A stretch of DNA of 38,937 bases from Candidatus Moraniibacteriota bacterium (GCA_049303555.1 JBAQNF010000096.1:1-38937), one strand, 5' to 3'. Shown: positions 24,240-32,050, counted from the first letter of the stretch. The notes: generated by a model not told the origin, from the sequence alone. Made by a program: numbers and translations.

Positions 24240-25952
24240 ATGTCAGAATCAACACAACTCGATGTCATAGTAGAACTTCAGGACAAGTTCTCTTCAAAGA
24301 CATCCTCGATTGAAGGGTCGCTTGCGCGCATGTCGAAGGTTGGTGATAAACTGAACAAAACATTTACCGGAATTGGTAATCGATTCAGTACGGAATTCGG
24401 ACTGATACAGAGAGCCGCGAAAATCGGTGTTGCTGGCATTGTAGCTGCTGGAGCCGGAATCGTGGCTTTTGGTATTTCATCGGTTAAGGCATTCGCAACG
24501 GCTGAAGCTACTGGGGCACGGTTTGAACATTCGATGAAACAGATCGCGAAGGCGAGCGACCAACAAGTCGCGTCACTTCGGAAGCAGCAAGATGCACTAT
24601 CTAAAGTAACAAGATTTGATGATGAAGCCATCGCTTCTGGTCAAGGATTTCTTGCAACGTTTTCACTTAATACAAAACAGATCGAGAAGCTTACTCCGCG
24701 ATTGCTTGATATGGCGGAAGGATTGCGCGATGTGGAGGGAAATACTATCGGTCTTGAGGGAGCCAGTAACATGCTCGGGAAGGCGCTGCAGATGGGGACG
24801 GTCGGCATGTTGCAGAAAGCTGGCGTTACTATACCTGGGACGACCAAAGCAATGCAGGATTTATTCAAGGCAAAGTTTGAGCTGGCCAGTATTGAGGAGC
24901 GAACGGCTATGCTGTCTGACCTGGTGGATGGAAACTTTAAGGGGCAGGCAGAGACGGCTGGGAATACTTTGGCCGGGCAACTGGTTATCCTTGGAAATAC
25001 GTATGACAATCTAAAAGAAAAAGTTGGTGGAGCTTTGGCTGAGGGATTTGCTCCATTCGTACAGGCGTTGAAGGATTTTGTTTCAGGGGATCAAATGAAC
25101 GCCTACGTTGAGCAGATGACGGCTAAGATACACGCCTGGGTTGAATCAGTCGGCGGTCCAGAAGGAATAAAACAAAAGATGATCGAGTTTAAGGATAAAA
25201 TTATCAATGAAGTAATACCGGCTATAATTACTATTTTCGATACGATAGTATCGGTAACAAAATTTGTTTGGGATCATCGTGATGCTATCGTAGTTGCCGT
25301 TCTGGCGTGGGAATCATTCAAAGTAATTTTGACAGCGGTCCAAGTTTTCATGCTACTGAAGCTGATTCCCACTCTCTTTGCAACTGGAGCAGCCTTCCTT
25401 GTCGCCTACTGGCCGATATTGCTTATAATAGGAGCACTGGGATTAGTAGCAGCTGGAGCGTATTGGGTATGGAAAAATTGGGATAATCTCAAAATGGCGT
25501 TTGAAAATTCTCCGCAGTGGTTCAAGACTGTCGTTAGTTGGCTTGGAACGTTACTGGGAGCAATATCCCCAGTGATTGGCGCTCTTCAAAAGCTATATGA
25601 TGTTTATAAGAAGATAAGCGGTAAGGCTGGTGACAAAGGTGCTTCGTCGATAGTGAAGGGGTTGGAAGGAAATTATGCAGCCACTGGCGGTATTATCTAT
25701 GCTGCCGGTGGATTCATGCAGCCGCGTGGAACCGATACTGTCCCGGCTATGCTTACGCCTGGAGAAATGGTCTTAAACGCAGGACAGCAAGCCAGACTGT
25801 TCAGTCAGCTCAATGGGGCGAGCAAAGGAATCAATATCAACATCACTGGTGATAATTATTTTTCAGGTGAAGCAGATGAGGATCGTCTGATCGATAAGAT
25901 GAGAATGATGATCTCGCGCGAACAGGAGCAGTCTAATTGGGGTATCGCATAA
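24240..25952 (+). CDS. tail tape measure protein
   Basis: 570 aa. Helical N-terminal half, central hydrophobic helices (VVAVLAWESFKVILTAVQVFMLLKLIPTLFATGAAFLVAYWPILLIIGALGLVAAGAYWVW). Position after the chaperones. Confidence 0.8.
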   Translation: MSESTQLDVIVELQDKFSSKTSSIEGSLARMSKVGDKLNKTFTGIGNRFSTEFGLIQRAAKIGVAGIVAAGAGIVAFGISSVKAFATAEATGARFEHSMKQIAKASDQQVASLRKQQDALSKVTRFDDEAIASGQGFLATFSLNTKQIEKLTPRLLDMAEGLRDVEGNTIGLEGASNMLGKALQMGTVGMLQKAGVTIPGTTKAMQDLFKAKFELASIEERTAMLSDLVDGNFKGQAETAGNTLAGQLVILGNTYDNLKEKVGGALAEGFAPFVQALKDFVSGDQMNAYVEQMTAKIHAWVESVGGPEGIKQKMIEFKDKIINEVIPAIITIFDTIVSVTKFVWDHRDAIVVAVLAWESFKVILTAVQVFMLLKLIPTLFATGAAFLVAYWPILLIIGALGLVAAGAYWVWKNWDNLKMAFENSPQWFKTVVSWLGTLLGAISPVIGALQKLYDVYKKISGKAGDKGASSIVKGLEGNYAATGGIIYAAGGFMQPRGTDTVPAMLTPGEMVLNAGQQARLFSQLNGASKGININITGDNYFSGEADEDRLIDKMRMMISREQEQSNWGIA

Positions 25953-25959
25953 AAAAAAT

Positions 25960-26721
25960 ATGAACATCACCTACAACGGACTGAACCTGAATGACACGAT
26001 CAACTACTGGGTAGAGGATCTTCCGCATGAGGATGTAGCAAAGCCGGAAATCAATCTACAGAAAATTGCCAGGACAAACAGGAGTATTCTTTTGAAAAAG
26101 GGGTACGGTATAAAGACTATTAAGGTAACGGTCATTGTTGAGGATTCTACGGTGGCGGCCATGGATTCTCGAATGGATGACTTCAAGGAAACTATAGAGT
26201 CTTCTGAGAAGAATTTGGACGTGGAATATGCGGGAGGTACCAGACGATATGTGGCGACCGGGTATATTGAGAATATTGATCGGCGGACGAGATGGGCTCG
26301 AGTGCAGCTTAGACTGGAGTGCTACCGGGCTTTTGGAGAAGACACGGCCGAAACTACAGAATCTTTTGCGGCGAAGACGACCAGCCCATATACTGACGAT
26401 ATCGAAATTGCCGGTAACGCGCCGGCCACTCCTGACATCACGATCACTATCAACTCGTTTACGGGAGCGGCCGACAGATTTATGCAAATCAAGAACACTG
26501 TGACTGGAGAATACATCAAGGTCACGAAGAATGATTGGGTCGCCAGCGATATTATTCAGATATACACAGCGCAAGCTATTGTGACAGTAAACGGGAACAT
26601 CACGCAGTATCTTGGAATCATGCCGGTGTGGAATCCTGGTGATAATGATTGGGAATATACTGACGACTTCACAGCTCGGAATGTCGATATTGATTTCGCT
26701 TACAAGAAAAAATGGCTCTAA
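25960..26721 (+). CDS. distal tail protein (Dit, Sipho_tail-like)
   Basis: MNITYNGLNLND...INLQKIARTNRSILLKKGYGIKTIKVTVIV follows the Sipho_tail pattern. Immediately after the tape measure gene. Confidence 0.6.
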   Translation: MNITYNGLNLNDTINYWVEDLPHEDVAKPEINLQKIARTNRSILLKKGYGIKTIKVTVIVEDSTVAAMDSRMDDFKETIESSEKNLDVEYAGGTRRYVATGYIENIDRRTRWARVQLRLECYRAFGEDTAETTESFAAKTTSPYTDDIEIAGNAPATPDITITINSFTGAADRFMQIKNTVTGEYIKVTKNDWVASDIIQIYTAQAIVTVNGNITQYLGIMPVWNPGDNDWEYTDDFTARNVDIDFAYKKKWL

Positions 26722-26727
26722 GAGAAT

Positions 26728-27969
26728 ATGAAAAGATTCAAATACGACGTCTTTGAAAACGACGGGTCCTATATAACCACCTGGAATGACGTGGTATCGG
26801 ATCCGAATTTCAGTGCGTCGGTCAATGGAGGACTGGGGGAAACGAAAGTGCTCCTGGCAAGAAATGCTGATGACTTTGGAGAGAGCGATGATGTGAATTT
26901 TCGGAACCAGGTAATCGTCAAATGCTTCGACGCGGCGGACCAGGACGGAGTGACTATATTCAATGGATGGATTTCTGGATATACACCTGTCCTTAAGGAA
27001 TCGAGCGAGTACTTGGAAGTGACGCTCATGGGATATATTCAGGAATTGTCTCGGGTGGAGCTCTTGGATGATGGGACTGGGATTCAGGATTCACCAGTCA
27101 GCGGAAACACGAAACTCACTTATACGGCGCAGGAGATCGGGGATATTCTCAAAGACATCATCGATAAATATAATGCCCTGACGGGAGTCTTCGCGAAGGT
27201 AGATTATACGATCAGTCCGGACAGTATCGGTGACACGGCTACCACTATCACCTATACCTTCAATACGGTCACCATCCTTCAGGCCATCAATAAATTAGTA
27301 GAGATGTGCCCGGCCGGATGGTATTGGTATCTTGATGCGGACAATGTGATCCACTTGGCAGAGTATTCGGCGACGCCTAACCACACTTTTTTTGTTGGGA
27401 AGGATGTCAACGAAATACAGCCGTACAAGCGGATCGAGAACGTAGTAAACGTGGCCTATGTTATCGGTAAGGAAACAGCAGGAGAGAACCTTTTCAGGAA
27501 GTATGAACGGACTGCCAGCCGGGACAACTACGGACGCAGTGTCATATTCATCACTGACAACCGTATCAGCGACGCTGGAACGGCTGAAAAATTCGCAGAT
27601 GCTTCGCTTGACGCTGATGATGAACCGGAAGTGCGAACGCAGGTGGTGATCGTTGACGAAAATAATGACCAAGGTCTCGGATATGATATTGAGAGTGTTC
27701 ATCCAGGAAATGTGGTCAACATCTTGAACTTCCTTTCGAAGAAAACATATACGCTGTGGGGTGCGGCTCTTTGGAATGTCGATGTGTGGGGATATGATAT
27801 TTCTAACGTTACCGCTACTAACATAAATGTGGTACGATTGGAGTACAAGCCAGACAGAATTTCTATTGAGCTTTCCTCAAAATTGCCGCTTGTTGGGAAT
27901 ACAATCAATGAATTGCGAAGAAGACTCGAACTCATCACTACGGAGAATAATCCTGACGCAGCAAGCTGA
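26728..27969 (+). CDS. tail-associated/baseplate hub protein (Tal-like N-terminal domain)
   Basis: 413 aa following Dit. The N-terminus FKYDVFENDGSYITTWNDVVSDPNFSASVNGGLGE is typical of phage minor structural / tail endopeptidase N-regions. Confidence 0.5.
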   Translation: MKRFKYDVFENDGSYITTWNDVVSDPNFSASVNGGLGETKVLLARNADDFGESDDVNFRNQVIVKCFDAADQDGVTIFNGWISGYTPVLKESSEYLEVTLMGYIQELSRVELLDDGTGIQDSPVSGNTKLTYTAQEIGDILKDIIDKYNALTGVFAKVDYTISPDSIGDTATTITYTFNTVTILQAINKLVEMCPAGWYWYLDADNVIHLAEYSATPNHTFFVGKDVNEIQPYKRIENVVNVAYVIGKETAGENLFRKYERTASRDNYGRSVIFITDNRISDAGTAEKFADASLDADDEPEVRTQVVIVDENNDQGLGYDIESVHPGNVVNILNFLSKKTYTLWGAALWNVDVWGYDISNVTATNINVVRLEYKPDRISIELSSKLPLVGNTINELRRRLELITTENNPDAAS

Positions 27970-27972
27970 TAT

Positions 27973-28299
27973 ATGAACGTGCTCCACTGTCCCGTGACCG
28001 GGCAAAAAATACTGACCATCGGTTCTGGTGGCGTCATGAAACGAGAGAACTATGCCGAGGTGTGGTTTGTTCTTTCTGATGGGAGTAGGATGAGGGTGGC
28101 GATGAGTAAAGAGGCGAAGAAAAATCTAACGGAAAAACAAGCAGACGCTCTTTTTCAGAACATAAACAAGGGATGGAGTGACAGCATAAGAGCAAAGGTT
28201 TTGCCGAAAAAAAAGAAAGACCTCCAGATGGAACGAGTGGTAAATCTTGCCTATCACAGTGTTGAAGAAAAAGATCGGGTCATGATTACAAAAAAATAA
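27973..28299 (+). CDS. hypothetical protein (108 aa)
   Basis: ORF between Tal and the fibre gene. No motif. Confidence 0.4.
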   Translation: MNVLHCPVTGQKILTIGSGGVMKRENYAEVWFVLSDGSRMRVAMSKEAKKNLTEKQADALFQNINKGWSDSIRAKVLPKKKKDLQMERVVNLAYHSVEEKDRVMITKK

Positions 28300-28303
28300 A
28301 ACT

Positions 28304-28828
28304 ATGGCAATCAACAAATCCTATACTTTCACGAACAATACTATCATCGATCCAGCCGAAGTGAATCAGAACTTTGACGATGTGATAGCGGCAATAAAAG
28401 CAGCTCATCACCAGGACGCTGATGGGACACCTATTGATCCGGCTGATATTGTTTCTGGGTGGGGACTGGTTCCTTCTGGTGGAATAATTCTCTGGAGTGG
28501 TTTGATCTCGGCAATACCGGCCGGATATGTTTTTTGTAACGGAGCCAGTTCGACGCCGGACATGAGGGGTCTTTTTGCTCTCTGCCCTGGACAGGATTCT
28601 GGTGGTACATACGACACCGGAGATACTGGCGGCGAAGCGACGCACGTGCTGACGACTGCTGAAATGCCGGCGCATACGCACCCGCAATCATGGGCGCCAA
28701 GCAACAACTCTGGAACTGGTGGTGGTGGTCCTGATGCTGGATCGGTGGCCACTGGGAGTACCGGTGGCGGTGGTGCTCACAACAACATGCCACCATTCAA
28801 GGCATTGGTATACATGATGAAGACCTAA
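28304..28828 (+). CDS. tail fibre protein with phage tail collar domain
   Basis: GGIILWSGLISAIPAGYVFCNGASSTPDMRGLF...GGEATHVLTTAEMPAHTHP...GGGAHNNMPPFKALVYMMK matches the Collar domain signature. Confidence 0.8.
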   Translation: MAINKSYTFTNNTIIDPAEVNQNFDDVIAAIKAAHHQDADGTPIDPADIVSGWGLVPSGGIILWSGLISAIPAGYVFCNGASSTPDMRGLFALCPGQDSGGTYDTGDTGGEATHVLTTAEMPAHTHPQSWAPSNNSGTGGGGPDAGSVATGSTGGGGAHNNMPPFKALVYMMKT

Positions 28829-28848
28829 AAAAACAAAAAAGCAGTATT

Positions 28849-29001
28849 ATGGACCATCAAAACAGACATTCCTTTCAAAAAACGGAGGAACATTTTGACA
28901 AGAAATATGCTATCAAGCTGGTCGAGAAAATCGTCTTCGGGATGGTAGCAATAATACTGACGGCTTTCGTCATTGCTGTGGTAAATAACGTGACCAAGTA
29001 G
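28849..29001 (+). CDS. small membrane protein (50 aa, one TM)
   Basis: MDHQNRHSFQKTEEHFDKKYAIKLVEKIVFGMVAIILTAFVIAVVNNVTK. Below the ORF-track cutoff. Confidence 0.4.
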   Translation: MDHQNRHSFQKTEEHFDKKYAIKLVEKIVFGMVAIILTAFVIAVVNNVTK

Positions 29002-29002
29002 T

Positions 29003-29503
29003 ATGAAATATACGCTCAATCACTATACGATATTCCTTCTTGGAGTGCTCATCTCCTGTATGGGATTGTATGCTGTGATGGCGATTCCTTTCGGAGGACC
29101 GTCTGTTGTCATTAAGAATCCGAAATCCGTGGCCATAGAAAAGGAGATGTACCGGCCAGGGGACAGAATCGTGTATACTCTCGAATACTGCAAGAGAGAT
29201 GCGAGTCCGGCGAAGGTCTACCGTATATTGGTAAACAGTATTCGAATCAGCTATACGGAGATTACAAGCGACCTTCCGGTGGGGTGTCGCACGATCAATA
29301 TCAATGATCTGGTGATACCGGAATTCGTACCGGATGGCATATACCATATTGAGACGACTACCGAGAGACAGGCGAACATTTTCCGAAAGGAACTTGTTAC
29401 TTGGCGGTCAGAAGATTTCAGAGTGGAAACCTTAAAGCCGTTGCCGGAATTGATTTTACAGGTAGAGGAGAATGATGATCGACTGGATAAGTTAGAGAAA
29501 TAG
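29003..29503 (+). CDS. membrane-anchored protein (N-terminal TM, beta-rich ectodomain)
   Basis: TM segment YTIFLLGVLISCMGLYAVMAIPF. 166 aa. Last gene before the large hairpin. Confidence 0.45.
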   Translation: MKYTLNHYTIFLLGVLISCMGLYAVMAIPFGGPSVVIKNPKSVAIEKEMYRPGDRIVYTLEYCKRDASPAKVYRILVNSIRISYTEITSDLPVGCRTININDLVIPEFVPDGIYHIETTTERQANIFRKELVTWRSEDFRVETLKPLPELILQVEENDDRLDKLEK

Positions 29504-29551
29504 GGCCTCGCTCTCTGTTCCACGTGAAGCATGAATCAGAGAGAGGGGCCC
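29503..29551 (+). other. 49-nt near-perfect inverted repeat with CACGTG in the loop
   Basis: GGGCCTCGCTCTCTG pairs with CAGAGAGAGGGGCCC (14 of 15 positions, including one G-U). 19-nt loop TTCCACGTGAAGCATGAAT. Begins at the stop codon of 29003-29503. Confidence 0.6.
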
Positions 29552-29614
29552 TCAACGGTACCCAGAAGGTGGAAATCCTTCCCCCTCGCCAGTTCTTTTT
29601 TCAAGGAGGAAGTC

Positions 29615-29812
29615 ATGCGTGCTCTTGTCGATTTATATGCCTTTGTAAAAGAAATCGATCTCCGGCAACTGTTCCGGAGCGCGTACCTCAACAAGTATCA
29701 GAAAGACATTCAGTCACAGCTTCTCGATCAGGACGTTTCCGTGTTTGAAAGATTCGGAACGGTTCCATCATATATGGTGGATTACATGATTGGAATCTAT
29801 GGTGTCCACTGA
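29615..29812 (+). CDS. hypothetical protein (65 aa) with a canonical Shine-Dalgarno sequence
   Basis: AAGGAGG at 29603-29609, 5 nt before ATG 29615. This is atypical for the genome. MRALVDLYAFVKEIDLRQLFRSAYLNKYQKD... Confidence 0.45.
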   Translation: MRALVDLYAFVKEIDLRQLFRSAYLNKYQKDIQSQLLDQDVSVFERFGTVPSYMVDYMIGIYGVH

Positions 29813-29925
29813 TACACGCCTCAGCTTAAAACTGGGGCCCTCTTCCCCCGTCGAAAGACGAGAAAACAAAAATAGTTCTTTCTCCCGCGGTTCGATTTAC
29901 CTCCTTCCTGCGGGGGGAGAGGGTG

Positions 29926-29934
29926 TGCTATACT
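29926..29934 (+). promoter_or_regulatory. extended -10 element TGCTATACT
   Basis: Same TGSTATACT core as at 10692 and 12929. About 90 nt upstream of the lysis cassette. Confidence 0.4.
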
Positions 29935-29953
29935 TTGGATACGAAAAGCAGGG

Positions 29954-29983
29954 GACCATTTCGAGTGGGCGTAGGAAATGGTC
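29954..29983 (+). other. 9-bp perfect hairpin in the presumed lysis-cassette 5' UTR
   Basis: GACCATTTC (29954-29962) and GAAATGGTC (29975-29983), 12-nt loop. Confidence 0.55.
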
Positions 29984-30023
29984 AGCGGCTAATCTGTAAT
30001 ATTCGATTATTAGTACCAAACGT

Positions 30024-30170
30024 GTGGAGACAATAGCTATCATCTGTTTCTTTTCCGGAGTCATACTCATTGGGTTTTCATTTTATATACTGATCAAGAA
30101 GATCCACTTGGAAGAAAAATGCTGGTCATCGAATAACCGGCGCCTTAATTGCGAAATTCAACAATTATGA
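30024..30170 (+). CDS. small TM protein, holin candidate (48 aa, GTG start)
   Basis: VETIAIICFFSGVILIGFSFYILIKKIHLEEK... has a TM segment plus a charged C-terminus. Its TGA stop overlaps the lysin ATG (ATGA at 30167-30170). Below the ORF-track cutoff. Confidence 0.45.
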   Translation: METIAIICFFSGVILIGFSFYILIKKIHLEEKCWSSNNRRLNCEIQQL

Positions 30171-30826
30171 GGGGAATCGATGTCGCGAGATACCAGGGAA
30201 CGATAGATTGGGCGAAGGTAAAAAAAGCCGGGTACGGGTTTGCTTTTCAAAAATGTACTGAAGGGACTGGATATAAAGATCCGGTCTACCAGAAGAACAA
30301 GGACGGGGCGCGGAACGCTGGATTGGTTTTCGGTTCGTATCACTTCGGTCGTGGGTTGGATGCTACCAAAGAAGCAGATTGGTTTGTGAAGAACGTCGGC
30401 GATATTCGCCAGGGAGAAATATTGGTTCTCGACTTCGAAATCTGGACACTGAAAGATCCTGCGAGTTGGTGTCTGGCGTTCATCAAGCGAGTGGAGGAGC
30501 TGGTTGGATTCAAGCCCATGCTCTATACGTACCACGCGCAGCTCAATGCCTATAATTGGAGCAAGGTTTCTGGGTACAATGTCGGGCTGTGGGCGGCGCG
30601 GTATGGATTGCAGGAACAGAATCCGAATCCAAAATATATGCCATCGACCGGGACGTTCCCATTCTTTGCGATCTGGCAGTATTGTTCGAGGGGCTCAGTC
30701 CCCGGTATAGTAGGAAATGTAGATTTGAATACGACAGACATGGATCAGGAGATGCTCAAAAAATATGGGAAAGCGACTGATCCGATAATCTGTAATCATC
30801 AGTGTCCAGTGCACTGCGAAAAATAA
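30167..30826 (+). CDS. GH25 muramidase (endolysin)
   Basis: MRGIDVARYQGTIDWAKVKKAGYGFAFQKCTEGTGYKDPVYQKN...AGLVFGSYHF is the Glyco_hydro_25 signature. Confidence 0.9.
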   Translation: MRGIDVARYQGTIDWAKVKKAGYGFAFQKCTEGTGYKDPVYQKNKDGARNAGLVFGSYHFGRGLDATKEADWFVKNVGDIRQGEILVLDFEIWTLKDPASWCLAFIKRVEELVGFKPMLYTYHAQLNAYNWSKVSGYNVGLWAARYGLQEQNPNPKYMPSTGTFPFFAIWQYCSRGSVPGIVGNVDLNTTDMDQEMLKKYGKATDPIICNHQCPVHCEK

Positions 30827-30827
30827 T

Positions 30828-31127
30828 ATGCAGCAAGAAATAGAATCAACAGAACCGCTTGAGGCGAGCGCCGTAGAATATCCACCAGAGAGCGTCGGGG
30901 AAGAAGGAACGGAACAGAAGGCGTTGTCTTTCGACAGAGAGACAGTGAAGAATATCGCGAAGGGAGCCTTCCATGCGACGATGGTATCTGCGCTTCTTGG
31001 GTTGCTCGACTATGCGGCCATTCAGGCTGGGCTTATCCATTCGAACAATGTGCTGGTATCGGTCGGTATAGCGTGGTTTACGCAGAACGGATATCAGGTC
31101 ATACGACAATTCATCAAAGGGTTGTAA
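30828..31127 (+). CDS. holin-like membrane protein
   Basis: Acidic N-terminus, then hydrophobic AFHATMVSALLGLLDYAAIQAGL and VLVSVGIAWF. Directly after the lysin. Confidence 0.4.
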   Translation: MQQEIESTEPLEASAVEYPPESVGEEGTEQKALSFDRETVKNIAKGAFHATMVSALLGLLDYAAIQAGLIHSNNVLVSVGIAWFTQNGYQVIRQFIKGL

Positions 31128-31162
31128 TTATACAAGCGGCGTGCATTTTTGCAGCTGCGGAA

Positions 31163-31193
31163 AAATCGCTCAAAATCGAGCGGTTTTGTCTTT
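31163..31193 (+). terminator. terminator-like hairpin
   Basis: AAATCGCTC / GAGCGGTTT, a 9-bp stem (one G-U), 6-nt loop, followed by a T-rich tract. Confidence 0.45.
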
Positions 31194-31219
31194 GAGGGAT
31201 GACTAAAAAGTGCTATGCT
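31192..31219 (+). promoter_or_regulatory. candidate promoter TTGAGG-N16-TGC-TATGCT
   Basis: AAAAAGTGCTATGCT closely matches AAAAAGTGCTATACT at 12925-12937. Confidence 0.35.
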
Positions 31220-31225
31220 TGGAAT

Positions 31226-31345
31226 GAGGTTTTGGAGTTTCATGTGGAGCATTCTTCCCCTGGAATGACTCCCACCGAGTAATCGGTCATGGTGTTCTCC
31301 TTGGTTAGCCTCAGTCAAATACCGTCCTTCGGGGCGGTTTTTGCT
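31226..31345 (+). ncRNA. candidate small RNA (about 120 nt) bounded by a promoter and a terminator
   Basis: No credible ORF. Internal ACCGA-GTAA-TCGGT hairpin (31274-31287). GGAATGA is duplicated. Ends at a UUCG-loop terminator. Confidence 0.25.
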
Positions 31346-31349
31346 TTTT
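31321..31349 (+). terminator. rho-independent terminator with a UUCG tetraloop
   Basis: ACCGTCC-TTCG-GGGCGGT (7 bp including one G-U) followed by TTTTTGCTTTTT. Confidence 0.65.
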
Positions 31350-31358
31350 GTGTATATG

Positions 31359-31367
31359 TGATATAGT
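31359..31367 (+). promoter_or_regulatory. extended -10 element TGATATAGT
   Basis: TATAGT 31362-31367 with TG at 31359-31360. 28 nt upstream of ATG 31395. Confidence 0.4.
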
Positions 31368-31394
31368 CAACATATAACAAGTTAAGAAAACACT

Positions 31395-31811
31395 ATGAAG
31401 ATAGATGATGTAAAAAAAGCAAAAGAAATCATGTACCCTGTAGGGTATTCTGTTTATTTTCTTACGGATGAATCGGGAGAGATTGTTTATGTTGGAGAGA
31501 GCGCAAGAAGTGCGGTACAGAGAATATCGTCTCACGCCTACACGAAGGAGTATAGTCGAGTATTTTTTATTCCATGTAAAACAAAAGAGGAGATGGATAT
31601 ACTGGAAGCAACAATGATTATTGCGGCTTCTCCGAAATATAAACGACGCATAGATAATCCAGCTGTTCTTGGATTGGTTGGGGTGACCGAACTGAAACGG
31701 ATGGGCCACCGTACTGGGGCAATAATCAACGCAGTCAATGACCACAAAATAAAGACGGTTCAGGTAGGAACGAACTCTTATTTTGAGAAAAGAATAGTGG
31801 ATCTTATATAA
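31395..31811 (+). CDS. GIY-YIG-like (T5orf172-like) domain protein
   Basis: YSVYFLTDESGEIVYVGESARSAVQRISSH...EEMDILEATMI resembles GIY...YVG...R...H...E spacing. Starts with the exact leader AAAACACTATGA. Confidence 0.4.
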   Translation: MKIDDVKKAKEIMYPVGYSVYFLTDESGEIVYVGESARSAVQRISSHAYTKEYSRVFFIPCKTKEEMDILEATMIIAASPKYKRRIDNPAVLGLVGVTELKRMGHRTGAIINAVNDHKIKTVQVGTNSYFEKRIVDLI

Positions 31812-31850
31812 AAATAGAGGTGAGTAACGTGTGCATAACTATTTTCCTAT

Positions 31851-31892
31851 ATGTCCAAAGAGGACAAATACAGATGTCCAAAGAGGACAAAT
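31851..31892. repeat. two exact 19-bp direct repeats, each containing the palindrome TGTCC-N5-GGACA
   Basis: ATGTCCAAAGAGGACAAAT at 31851-31869 and 31874-31892, spaced 23 bp. Confidence 0.85.
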
Positions 31893-31946
31893 GCTCTATA
31901 TACAAGAGAATACTACATAAGAAATGCTTTGTTTTAAGGAAAAAGA

Positions 31947-32006
31947 GGCGGGGGAGGGGAGGGGAGTGCCAGTAGGGGAGTGGTGGGGGAGTGGCAGGGG
32001 AGGGGG
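31947..32006 (+). repeat. G-tract array (7 runs of G4-G5) with three GGGGAGTGS iterons
   Basis: GGCGGGGGAGGGGAGGGGAGTGCCAGTAGGGGAGTGGTGGGGGAGTGGCAGGGGAGGGGG. Iterons at 31961, 31975 and 31986. Confidence 0.85.
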
Positions 32007-32021
32007 TTGACGGGTTGGATA

Positions 32022-32050
32022 TTGCATGAAAAAAGATAATGGTTTATAGT
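32022..32050 (+). promoter_or_regulatory. sigma70-like promoter TTGCAT-N17-TATAGT
   Basis: ATTGCATGAAAAAAGATAATGGTTTATAGTG is about 87 percent identical to ATTGCGTGAAAAAGGATAATGATTTATAGTA at 35104-35134. Confidence 0.6.

Noticed and set aside
29881-29920. tRNA-like GGTTCGATT sequence, considered as a possible tRNA gene or attP core
   Set aside because: The flanking bases cannot form a T-arm (CGCGG versus TACCT), there are no acceptor or anticodon arms, and no integrase is present. Only a weak TCTCCC/GGGAGA stem overlaps a promoter region.
29790-29999. 69-aa ORF across the gap before the lysis cassette
   Set aside because: It has an alternative start, non-protein-like sequence (S/R/G-rich), and spans a promoter element and a hairpin.
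31240-31290. Minus-strand micro-ORF (MTDYSVGVIPGEECST) preceded by AAGGAG-N6-ATG
   Set aside because: Only 16 codons. I found no minus-strand promoter. It lies inside a + strand unit bounded by a promoter and a terminator, and the genome otherwise has no minus-strand genes. Kept only as an alternative to the sRNA hypothesis.
31812-31846. AAAATAG...CTATTTT inverted repeat after the GIY-YIG-like gene, considered as a terminator
   Set aside because: It has a 7-bp all-AT-rich stem with a 21-nt loop, which is too weak to call.
31851-31937. 28-codon ATG ORF (MSKEDKYRCPKRTNALYTREYYIRNALF) running through the twin 19-mers
   Set aside because: The ORF exists only because the repeat begins with ATG. 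It has no leader motif and the repeated palindromes are better explained as DNA sites.
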